Of a stretch of 64,000 nucleotides of DNA, positions 26,521 to 38,636 are shown one piece after another. The stretch is from positions 806,001-870,000 of the forward strand of contig CAJFCJ010000023.1 in NCBI GenBank assembly GCA_904063045.1, read 5' to 3'. The notes under the pieces were generated by a model, which saw only the letters and a program-made list of their open reading frames with translations, was not told where the DNA came from and did not search any database. The position numbers and the translations under genes are program-made. Every line of letters starts with the position of its first letter. The stretch's first letter is position 1. The DNA is from Dimorphilus gyrociliatus (Eukaryota > Animalia > Annelida).

Positions 26521-27095
26521 TTTTTAAATGAATCGATAATAAGACACGTAAGAAATATTTATTTTCTTTTGTATCATTTCTTCTCATTTCCAATCAATGT
26601 TAGTTAATTAATTGAAAACTTTTTCGACCTAGTTTTTTTGTAAAACTTAATCAAAAAAAAAATGATTCATAAACACCAATTGGAATGTCAGATTTCATTG
26701 CATTGTATTCTATAATTCTAAATGGTTCGCAGCAAAATATTTGATATATATATATATATAGATATATATATATATATATCATAATTCTATATTCATATAT
26801 ATTATTTCTATGAAATAGCTTCATTTTTCGTTTGCTAACTAACGCCATAGTTTTAATATTGAATTTTTCATATGTTGAAAGAAGGAAAAAAAATTCTCCT
26901 CTGCCATTTTACTTCTTTTTTTTTCGTTCCTCTAAACAACAATGAAGAAAGCTGACGGAGAAATTTTTTTCACAGACTTGTGTGGAGAAAGAGAAAGTAG
27001 CGCAAGATAGAGATCGAGCAGATAGCAAAGCCAAAAAAATTATATATACATACACACACACACATATATAAATATATATATACATATACATATAT

Positions 27096-27127
<32 letters not shown>

Positions 27128-27517
27128 AAGCCTTTTAAAATATTAGTTTCTTTTCTTTCTCTAGTTAAAATAGCAAAAAAAAATGTTTTTGTAAATATAA
27201 TAAGCAATAAGAATATAAGCAAATAGAGCGAGCAGTCAGGCGGATAGAAAGAGAAAAAAAAAACGGCACAAAACAAAGCATTTAAATTACCACTTTTTTT
27301 TGATTTTTAGCAAAAAACCTTACATTTAAAAAATAAAAATGAAATATTCATAAATTTTATAAATATTTTCTCGAATTGGTTTCATCATCATCATCCTCAT
27401 TATGAATTATGAATTATGATTATTATTAAATTTTTAATATTTTCTTCTTTTTTTTTTCTTTTTTCAATTCCCACCACCAATAATTTTTCTATTTCTTTGA
27501 TTCTTTCTTTGCTTCTT

Positions 27518-29290
27518 TTACGACGAGTAGATCGTCTTCTGAACGTGCGTCGCCCGATCCTATTTTTGGTGGGGAGAGAAAGAATAAATCAATCAGCGTT
27601 CGAATATTATATTATATATTATATATTATATATATATATATATTAAGAGAAATAAAAAAAAACCAAATTTAGTGAATGAATATGTGTTGATGAATGATGA
27701 AATGTTAAATTTTCCTATTCGGAATAAGATGATAAGCAGCATTCGCATACATCTACATCTACTCATACAGACGCATGCCCAATTATGCATTGAACATGAA
27801 CGAAAGAAGAGATAAAGAAATAAAGAGAACTAAACATAAAAAATTAAAAGAATGAAAGTTTACAAGTTCTATATTTAAATATTTGTTTTTTGCGGGTGTC
27901 TGGATTTAGGGTTAGGGTTAGGGTTAGGGTTAAGTGTCGTTCTACAGCAACAGAAAAAAAGAAAAAAAAACCAAATAAATTAGAGAATAAAATAACTCTT
28001 CGCTTTCTTTTCTTTTACTTTCTCTTCGTAGATTTAAAAGAATATTCATAAATAAACGATCGAAACATAAAGACAGAAGGAAACTCTTAGAAAATTGTGC
28101 ATAGTAAATTATTTGTTTGTTTGTAGGTTGGTTGTTTGTTTTGTTTGTTTGCCTGCTTTGCTTGTTTTATTGGTAATTAAATTTTTTTTGCTGGCTACCT
28201 CATTCGACATATTGATCAACTTAGTAGTAATATTGGCTCCAACTCCGAATGAATCTATGTCAGTCTCGATGTCGTTTGGCCCTCCTCCTGCTCCTCTATG
28301 GCCGGCCCAAACCTATTATTGAACAATAATAAAACTCTCTCGTCTATTGCTGGCCGCCCCTTTTCTTTGTAGAGGCAATGCAGGGTTTTTTTTTGTTAAT
28401 GGTTCAAACCTTGGCCTTTTGGGATGGTCTTAGAGAAAACGATGCAAAAGAGAAATCAATCCTTTTCTTAGGGTCGTTATCGATATTTCTTGTTAAACGC
28501 CATCCGCTTAAATCTTCGATCTTCTTGCCGGTGTTTTCCAGGGCAATGAATCTACCGTCAGCCGAGCATTCTGATATGGCAACTGGTCCCTTTGCGCTTC
28601 TTTGATAAGTGGTTTTGGCCGACATTTCTCCTTTGACCACTTGACTGACTTTTAAGGTGTCTGTAAAGTTAATAGTTCCTCTTTGTCTTTTAAATTATAA
28701 ATAAGAATTCTTTATATTGTTTCTTATTTTTACTTTTTGTTCTTTTATTTTTTGTTTTGGAATTGTTTTTTTTGCTGTTTTTTGCTGGTTTTTTTCACAT
28801 GTTTTTAAAGCAAATTTAAGTTATCATTTATAGTTTTGTTGTTTAGTTTAAAAAGGGAATAATCCTAACAAAACAACAACAAAAAAGAAAAATGCACTTA
28901 GTAAAACACACCAAAACAAAAAATCATCTTGTCTTATTAATATCTTTTTCGTTTCTCTAAAATACCTTAGAAGTTACTGTTTTTTGGGTTAAATTAGTTA
29001 AAATATATAACTAAAAGTGCTATCTCTTTTACGGGGTGCCTTCTAGTAGTTGTTCATCTTTAATTGTTTGTTTTTTTTTTGTTTATCACCTTTGTTAAAC
29101 AAGAAACAACTAAAAAAAAACCATGAGTCTTTTTTAGTTATTAATTTCTCATTTTTTTTAAAAAAAAATTAAATTAAGACAAAAAAAAAGACCAAAAAAT
29201 AAAATAAAAAGCATGTTTGTTTTAAAGGATTAAAGCCATGCAGAAAACTCTTGAAAGAGAGATAGAGAGATTTCAATACACGCATGTAAA

Positions 29291-29343
<53 letters not shown>

Positions 29344-32300
29344 GCGTCCGCATCTCTGAATTAAACATTCAACAATAACGTCATCAATAAGCTCTCTTCA
29401 TTCTTCAGATTAAAGAAAACTGCTAATATAAATACTTATATATTAGCATATACCATATTGTATACAGTTAACTTTATCTGAAGGCGAATTGAACTTGGTG
29501 GTTTTATAACACAGCATTAACCTGCTGGTTGTTGAGTAGGCTTAGATTCTGTTGGTTTAACATCAGCCTTAGCGATAGAAGAAGTGGAAGTGGAAGATTT
29601 TAAAGCCTCTTCCGAAGCCTGACTAATTCCAGTCAGGGCACCGATCAACTGACTTATATCAGAGCTATGTTGTTGGTGCGATCTTTTGTTAGGCAGCGAA
29701 ATAAAAAAAAGAAGCGTATGTTAGTAGAGTGAAGCATTTTTGTTCACATACCATCGTCGTCCATTCTTTGACTCGCTCTGGTTTGCGTGTCAATGAACGA
29801 TTCAACGACTTGACGAAGACCAACTCTATGAACATTTAATTAATACATTAAATATTATAATTATAGTTTCTTTTAACGCTTTCAATGCTTTTCAATTTTG
29901 TATATTATTTTAATTTCAATTCGCCAGATGGCGAAAGTGAAACCTATCGACTAAAAGGTAGAGCTAGCAGCCTGCATTTTTTTTCTCCCCTTTCTGCTTA
30001 ATTAATCCGGTTTGGTGCATACGTATTGATATTTAATCGAGGTTCGCTTGTTGTAATGCAAACGCACGGAATAAATCGACAATAAACTTCTTTTTTATAT
30101 TGTAGATATGTCCTTGTTATAGGTGGCGTTGGTGAAATAAAGAATAGAAAAACCTGGCGAAATAGACTGATAGGTAGACGAAGAAGAAGAAGCCCAGATA
30201 AAGATTATCTATACTGTATATAGTTTTTCAAATTTTTGCGCTGCATTACATCGAAATCGCTAATGAACCGTCGTATAATTAATATAGTTGTAATTAACTA
30301 TAGACTTTGAAATCTATGATCATCCTAAATGAGGTTATGCACTCGGTCTTTTCTTCTCTCTTTCTTTCTTTCTTTCTCTCGTCCTTTTTGTTCAAACTTT
30401 TGCTGGCTGCCGCCACATAGAAGTACAAATCAAAGGAGAAGAGAACTAAAAGAAGAGGAGGAACTTTAAGTAAAAGAAAGTCCCCTCTATGCTCTTTCTT
30501 TAGATATTAAACTCGTCTTATATAAAATATTTATCTTTGGGGATCGCTAGAGAAGGGCAAAATAAATTGACACGTTCCTTCTTCTTCTGCTTCTTCTTCT
30601 TTTCCTCTTTTTTTAATTTTCTCCATTTCTCCTTGTCACCAAAACCGTCCAATACAGAAATAGGGAGATAAATTTAAGACGAAGACGGACAGACGATACA
30701 ACGAAGAATATATTAAAAAGTATTCCACTAACCTATTCTCCTCTCCTTCGAGCAGTTTTCTGTAAGCAGCAATCTCCAACTCCAAGCCAAGCTTTGTATC
30801 CATAATGTTTTGTAATTCTTTCAGAATGGCTTCCATTTCTGCTCTTAGTTTGGCAACCTCTTGCTTCAACTCGTCGTTCTCCTGTTGCCATTCTCTCTCC
30901 TTCTCCTCGTAATCTCTTCTTAGGCTGTCGCACTCCTTCTCTAACATGGCATTTCTTGCTTCCAGATCGGCCAATTTCGACCTCATATCTGACAGTTGTT
31001 GCTTCAAGCGTTTCGACTCCTCCTTTGCATGTTGTGTTTCCATATTTTGACGAGTAGCCCCGGTGCGGAATTCTTGCATCTGTCAAAATTAGAATGAGTT
31101 GAAGGGACGAATGGTACATCGTCTATATATAATTTCTGCTGTCTCATCAACGCAATTACTGCGTTAATAGAAACGGTAGGACTAGTTTTTATTGCGGCAA
31201 AAAAAATCAATAGACGAATTAGATAGACGTAGGCCTGGTAAAAAGACACCAGCGTCACTGACCTTGAGGTTGTAGTATGTTTCCAACTCTCCGCGCATCA
31301 ATTCTAATTTCTCGTCGTACGTGTTGGAGATTTCTCTGAGACATTGGGCCATTTCGTTCTTCCAGAATTCTCTGTTTTCGGCAGTAGTGTCTCTGTAAGC
31401 GAGTGCCGCCAGCTCTTTCATTTCCTAGAGATGATATATGCAACGTAAATAAACAAAAACAACAATAATAATGATAATAGCATCAATAGGCAAACAAGTG
31501 TTTAACTGGCTAAATATCGCTTCTTCTAATTGTACATATATAAAGGATTTGCGTATGGGAAAAGGTATATATTGTATATATTAATTAATACAAAATATAT
31601 TTGAGGTAATTCTCAGTGATCACGTTTCAAAACAAGTTATGTCAATAGTATTTTAGAAATGAAACCGTTTGCTTAAAAACATATGTTTCGCAAGCTACTT
31701 TATAAATTGCCACTGTGTAAACGTTGCCCTATTGAAAAAACTATTCATATCGTTTACTTACCTGTTCGTGCACTTGCTTCATGAATTCCAACTCTTCTTC
31801 GAGTGTCTGGCGTCTGTTCTCAGCGTCTATATGATTTAGAGTTTCATTGTCCAGATCCTGAATAAGTAGGCGAGCAGAGGGGGGTGAAGAAAAAAATGTT
31901 TATTTTAATATTTATTTGAATGAAATTAATAGGGTCCCCGAAGGCTTTTTCCCCTCTTTCTCTCTCTCTCTCTCTCTGTCCCTGCTTGTTAGTCTATAAG
32001 AGTGAATTAAATGATTTAATCACTTTGCCAACTGAAAGGGTTGAATGCGTATAGAGAACCAGCCAACTTGTTCTCAATACGATCAACAACAGTTGAAAAA
32101 ACTCTAAAGAGTTTTTACTATGTCTATTGCGTCGTAGACAGAGAGAAAGAAAGGAAAAAAGAGCCAAAAACATAAAAAGGTATCATTTTTCTTACAATTC
32201 TGGCTCTGTTCAATGCTTCCGTTAGTCTTTGAATCTCTTTCTTGTCTCTTTCGCGATCAGTCTCCAAAGTGTCGACTCTTCTCCTCAAGAGGTTAATTTC

Positions 32301-33907
32301 GCTCTCGTACTCCGATAATTGTTGGTTAGACCTTTCAATTTTTTCCCGATCAACGGCTCTAGCTTGCTGAAGATCTTCGCATCTAGAATTACAAACGACA
32401 ACCGAATAAGTCTAAACACGTTTCGTAAACGTATCATAATTAATTCAAAAGGTCGTTAACTGGTCATAAAATAACCTTCGAAACACTTCTTTTGATGATT
32501 TAACAGGGGAATATATATATATATATATATTCTCTCTATACATCTTTTTATATTAACTATTTGGAAAGAGAATGAATATTCACAATCTTTATTCATTGTT
32601 GGCTTTCTTTCATTCATTCATTCTTTCCTTCTCTCCGTCAGACTGAATACAGACTATAAGTAGGTCTATCAGTCTGTCTATGAGATGATTTATGTACGTG
32701 CATTTATGTGCTTATATTTGAATTTGGATTGCATAAACCTATTCGAATTTGTGTTGATATTTGTTTGTTTATTTGTTTACTTATCTATCTATCTATTTAT
32801 TATCGTTTTGTTGTCGTTATATATCTATCTGATGTGTTATACGTTGGCTTCCAAAAGGAAAATGTTATTGGGTTTGGTCTATGAAAAGTATTAACAATAG
32901 CATTAAATGAATATGGAAGGAGGAGGAGGAGGGAAAAACGTAATTAAATATAATGATATATAATGGATTGTAGCGAAATTTGATGATGATGATGATGATG
33001 AGAAAAAAGTTGTCACATCGAAATTGAAGAGGAAAGAGGAGAAGAAGGCGAAGGAAAGAGAAAAATTAGATTGATAGAAATGTAGGGGAAATAAAAGTAA
33101 AAAGTCAATGAATAAACCATCCAGTTTATTGGAGATAGCCACTTGGCAGGAAAATAGACCATCAGATGACTTTATATTGCCAACTTCCGGCTATCGATAA
33201 AGTAGCCAAGAAGGGGAGGGCCAAGAGTTAAAAGTCTCTCTTAGAGTGTTAAATAAATATTGATATTTTAAATTGTAGAGTTTGCCGAGTAACCTAATGG
33301 TTTTCGAAGTTGGGTGTAAGAATGGAGAAGGGAACCGGAATTTTAAAAATAGCCGGCTATATAAGGAATATTGAAAAACTATTCAAATTTAGTCATTCAT
33401 GCATGCATGCTAGCCGAGAAGATCCGTTCTCTATTTGCGTACGGACGCTTCAAACGAACTTATTCAAATTTCTCGCGTTTAAAACAAACAGAATCGGCTT
33501 GACGGGGAATAAATCACGTCCGTACCTGACGACACCCAAAATTCACATTTTCATAAGTTCATATTTGGTTAAAAAATTTAAATATTTCTCTTTTTTTCTC
33601 TGTTTTTCCCCCCGTCTTTTTTCAACAGTCGCTCTTTCTTAGAAGAAAAGAAAGATGGTATTTAATAAGAAACTAGGAAAAGTACTTTTCAAATTTTCCT
33701 TTTCTTCCTCAGCTTTCTAATCCAATACGTTAATCAATTCATAAATGTCACTTAATATACAAATGCAGCCTATAATATATTCCTACATTTCAATATCCTT
33801 ATTTTTACAGACAGGTATGGTTAAATATAACTAGACGGACAATTATATATATTGTATATATACAGTAGACATAAAGGTGCATTTATATGTTTGTATGAAC
33901 ATATATA

Positions 33908-33954
<47 letters not shown>

Positions 33955-34797
33955 TATTTACACCAGTCTATCCCTTTTCATTCTACATTGTATATGTTGG
34001 TAATTTGTATACAACAAGATTTGGTATGTATGATTATCAACTCTAGCTGGTTGTGCATATTGTTCAAGTTGAATATGATACTCTAATTGTAACCCTGAAT
34101 GACTGAATGAATTTACAAGGTTTAGTGAGGGTGGCGCTGCTACTAAGTTTTAAATCGAATAAAAAAGGAAGCAGCAAAACATTCTCTAATGGAATGTTTC
34201 TGTAGAATGTTGACAAGAATTAAATTCAACTTACTTCCTGCGAAGTTCGTCAATCGTCTGCTCCAAACTTGTGCACTTTATCTCCAAAGTGCCCTTTTCC
34301 TTCTCCGCCTCGTCCAACAATTTTCTCGCTTCGTCCAATTCCGCCTGGTACATAGCCTTAATGGCGGCTGTCTCTTTTCCCCACTTATTCTTTAGATTCT
34401 CCAATTCTTGGGCGAGTTTTCTGTTTTGTGCTTCCAAGAATCTAACCTTCTCTATGTAGCTGGCAAATCTTTCGTTCAGGTCTTGCATGTCCTTCTTTTC
34501 TCTTTCGCGTGACGTTTTTACATTATCGACTCCGACGCTCGACATGGCAGCGTAGGCACCGCTCGGTGCACCGTAAGACATGTTCGACGTTGACCTTTCA
34601 ATCGAATAACCCGAACGACCAGGAGATCTAGCAGGACCCATCGAAGTTCTCTGGATAATCGTAGTCTTCTTACCCATGAGTGGTCTTCGGCTGGCATCAT
34701 CGTCTAGAGAAGAGTTTGTTCTCGACTCGTAAGTTGTCGTACGAACCGTACTTGGGCCCTCGGACGAGGAAAATTCTCTGGTGGCGCGTACACTCAT
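27518..34797 (-). CDS. Protostome cytoplasmic intermediate filament protein (NF60/NF70-type, lamin-tail domain, no CaaX), 611 aa
   Basis: Exons 34797-34235, 32382-32196, 31857-31762, 31424-31263, 31079-30733, 29825-29752, 28660-28410, 28312-28199 and 27559-27518; all GT-AG with matching phases. Coil 1a motif SREREKKDMQDLNERFASYIEKVRFLEAQNRKL, rod-end LEIAAYRKLLEGEENR, and lamin-tail Ig fold (KGPVAISECSADGRFIALENTG…LSGWRLTR…VWAG). It ends DRATHVQKTIYSS*, with no CaaX and no obvious NLS, so it is not a nuclear lamin. Confidence 0.93.
27906..27932 (+). repeat. Interstitial telomere-like (TTAGGG)4.5 tract in the last IF intron
   Basis: ttagggttagggttagggttagggtta read directly. Confidence 0.85.
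29522..29682 (-). CDS. Candidate mutually exclusive alternative exon of the IF gene (alternative to 29825-29752)
   Basis: 161-nt open exon (RSHQQHSSDISQLIGALTGISQASEEALKSSTSTSSIAKADVKPTESKPTQQPA). It is preceded by a TACTAAC branch point and pyrimidine tract with acceptor aaaag|, and followed by donor g|gttaat. Its phase is 2 to 1, identical to the 74-nt exon. Confidence 0.6.
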
Positions 34798-35122
34798 TTT
34801 TCGCGAACTGAATGAGCGACAAGGCCGCTTCCCTTTATTCTTCTCACGACACCTGGCGGCCGAATCGACGTATTTCAGACATTGATATTGAATTTGAGCC
34901 TATGGCTTAGGTTCTATTGATTTTTTAACGATATAAACATTGCTGTTCCCTTTTTCAAGGTTTATTTATTTTTTTCTATAACAGAGCGTCACAAAAACAA
35001 CAGTTAGTAATTAATAACCTTAACGTTGATAAATAATCTGTTAGCTATTGATTTCCTCTGTAAATGATAAATAGACGACTACTATTTTTATACGTAGACA
35101 AGCAAGTAGACAGAGCTGGGAT

Positions 35123-35159
<37 letters not shown>

Positions 35160-35772
35160 GGAAGCAGTAGTTTGATTACCCATATATGCATAAGTGTATT
35201 ATTAAAGAAATGGGCGTCACTGCACTATATCATTTGCTTTTGTACAATTACACGGAAGGTTAGAGTTAAGGGTGAAAGGGAAGCGAAAAAATACTTGTAA
35301 GCATATAACTGTTATTGAGAAATACTTGATAATAGAATGAAATATTGAATAAGTATTTGTCTGAAAGATATTACATAAAAAAAGAAATATCCTTATTAAT
35401 AAGGGAAATATTATTTTCAAGCTGGGCTCTTTAATCGCATGAGCTTTTACAACCTTGCTCGAATTTATTTCTTTTGTCAAACAGTAATAAGACAGACAAA
35501 GCTTTCAAAGTATGAAATACGCTTTAAATTGTTTGCAAAGGACGCGACCCAAAAGCTGGGTTAAAGGGATCTACCGAATAAAGGGTAAACTATAACCAAC
35601 GAATGGAGGAGACCTTGCACGGTTCAAAAGAGAATCTATCTAGAAATAGAATGAAAGGAGAGGGCGTGTGTGAGGGTGTGTGGGAAGGAAGGAGTAGGAA
35701 TGAAAAAAATGAATATATATTAATAAATGAATAAACTAATATAAATATAAAGAGAGAAAGACAGAAAGAAAG

Positions 35773-35812
<40 letters not shown>

Positions 35813-36050
35813 AGCTATTTGTTTAGGCGAAATAACTTGCGGGGAAATAGCCTGAGAAAATTAAAAAAAAAAAAATTAAAAAAAAAACTTAAAAGGTCTT
35901 TGATAAGAGCGTGCTGTTGAATGGGGGTTGAACGTATAATTTGGGTAATAATTAATATGGTATATTGTATTTTGAGCCGGCTGGCTTAAGTATATTGTGG
36001 AGAAAGCATTAGGATTCTTGCAAAATGAGAGGGTTAGGGCAGGGGGGTAA

Positions 36051-36083
<33 letters not shown>

Positions 36084-36470
36084 CCCCCACGTTGAATCTG
36101 CAAAAAGGGGAAAATTGAAATTGAATTGATTTGACGAGTAAATAAGACTACTAATAATTACATGTAAATATGTATTGTAAACAAAGCTAACTGAGAAATG
36201 AAGATAAAAGTAAAATTAAAATAAAGTGAATTAAAATTTGTATAGTTTTACAGGTTGGTGTAAAATATTTCTCAGTCAGATTCTATTTAATCTTTTTATA
36301 CTGAAAACAAATAGAATTTGCATTTACAATTTCTTTTTTAAGAAAAAAAAGAAGAACATATTTTTTATTCTTTCCCTCTTTCTTTTATTTTTAGAAATTT
36401 TTTAACATCTAAATATAAACTTTATTTATCTTTTTGTTTTTTTCTCTCTCTATCTCTCTTCCTTCCTGAC

Positions 36471-36793
36471 ATTCATTCATCTATCCATCTATCTACCTAT
36501 CTATCTATCTATTCATTCTTTTATTCGTTCATTCATTCGTTCATTCATTCATTCAGTAATTCTCTCTTTATTTTCTGATTTTTTATTCAGGTCAAATCCT
36601 ATAATAACCTAATCAGTCCTATTAGAATTATTATTTTTTTTCTCAGACAGCAGGCTCTCCCTCCCTCTAACCGTTTATCTATCTATCCGTTCATCCATCC
36701 ATGAAGTCAAGGAAACAATTCACTCATTCATTCATTCGTTCATTCGTTCATTCGTTCATTCGTTCGTTCGTTCGTTCGTTCGTTCGTTCGTTC
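36471..36793. repeat. Compound tetranucleotide satellite (ATCT/ATTC/GTTC)
   Basis: Blocks of ATTC, ATCT and GTTC units read directly. Confidence 0.9.
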
Positions 36794-38595
36794 AACTCTT
36801 TTTCTCTACCCCTAAACCCTCTCCTACTCTTTTCCCTTTCAACTCATTAAGTTCTGTATTTATTATTTATATTACTTTTCATATATCGCAAACTATTAAT
36901 TTAGGGAAAAATTTAGTCGATTACAATACGAAAACAATTGTTGTCTTCCATTTATAAAAAGGAAAAAATTGATTTTTATAAAAACTCATTTTCACTCTCT
37001 CTCTCTCTTTCTCTGCTGGTTTCCTATTTAAGCCTACACTGTTGCCATCTAGTAAGAAATTTATTATTTTTCTTTTACAACTTTCAAAGCATTGTTAAGA
37101 GTTGCTTGTTTAAAATATAGAATTTCGTGTATTAAAATTTCTTGACAGTTTTTAACTATCGACAATAGATTCTTTCTTACTGTGACGCAATCGGCAGTCG
37201 TCAGGTTTTCAGCAATCAGATGAAGGTTAACGGTTTTAGACGGTTTGCTGGTCTGATTTCGGGACCAGACGTCTAGTGAATATATTATTCAAAGGCCGCG
37301 GTGATTTTTTTTGTCTCTTTTTTGCGTTTTCGGCTTATAGGGAAGAAAGGGAAAGTCTATTAGTTCGACTGCATTTATATTTCTATATAAGTAACTATTT
37401 CCTCTCTATATAAATTTATACAGTATATAGAAATGTATGTGTTTGTTTGTTTCTGCTTTGCTGTTCGTCCATCTACATCTCTCTTTCTTCCTCCTCCCTC
37501 TCCTCCTCTTTCTCTGTCTGTCTATGAGTGGTTTTGCTTCTTTTTAACTGGCCTTTAGGGATTCGTCATCGAATAAAAATTCTTTAGATCAGTCAGGAAT
37601 TCACGCGGCCTAAAATTAGACGTCAAATACTAATTTACAAAGAAAATATAAATAGGAGATTTAAAACAATTTACCGTGTCCGAGTTCAAATCGTTAATCT
37701 TAACTCATCCTACCTATTACGCACATAGAGGATAAGCCTTAATTCAGATGCCCAGTCACGTCCTAAAAACCCAAAAAATTTTAATATTCAACACATAGTT
37801 CACTAGAATTGAGCTCAAACCGGAAGTCGTTGAAAAGAAGAAAGGAAAAATAATGGGAAGAAGAAAAAGAAGAAGAAGTACTGATTGATTAATATACTTG
37901 TACATATAGTATGAGTGATAATCGAGAGAAGATCTTTTTGTAAACGGTTTTAGAATAAAGTGGTGCGATTCAAACAAAAATGAATTGAACGTCTTTTTTT
38001 TGTTTTGTTTATTTGTATGCTTTGAATAGATAGAAATGGAATGTTAATAGTAATAAAGTTGAATGAAATTTGAACTGCTTTAACTTTGATTTTCTTTTGG
38101 GAAAAATGCTTTAAATTCCTGTTTTATGTTTTATTAGTTTTATTCTTACTATTATTATTATTATTGTTATTATTAAATAACAGGTTTCTTTTACCAAATT
38201 TTACGTAAAATTCAATATTGAACTGTACAAATGATAAAGAAAGAACGACATAATGGACAAATTTCTTCTCTTCAACTTTTTCTCCTACTATAGTCAATTG
38301 TTTGCGTACATTTTATTCATTTTTTTATATGTGGCTAGAAGAAGGGAATTAGTAGAAGCAGAAGAAAAAAACTGGTTTTTGGGTTAGGGCTAGACGAGGA
38401 CGACGAAAGGCGGCAATATCAATTAAATTGGCTAATCAAATAGTAATTTGTTTGTGGGTGGGGGGAAGGGGGAATGTGCGGTTTTTTAAGCTTTCAAAGA
38501 ACTAGGTAAATTATTGTAGGCAGAGAGAGGGAGACAAAAGGGAGAAAGAAGATTAAATGACGGGACGAAGGGACAAGTGGATTAAAGTGAAGAGG

Positions 38596-38636
<41 letters not shown>

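Noticed and set aside
27906-27932. Interpreting (TTAGGG)4.5 as a chromosome end or fusion site
   Set aside because: It is only 27 bp, lies within an intact gene's intron, and has no head-to-head array or subtelomeric repeats.
30733-31258. ORFs 30733-31119 and 31004-31258
   Set aside because: Alternative frames overlapping IF exon 5 and its intron.
27518-34797. Calling the IF gene a nuclear lamin
   Set aside because: The terminal exon ends TIYSS* with no CaaX, there is no basic NLS between rod and tail, and the head and coil motifs (KWGKET, REFWKNE) are of the cytoplasmic protostome IF type.
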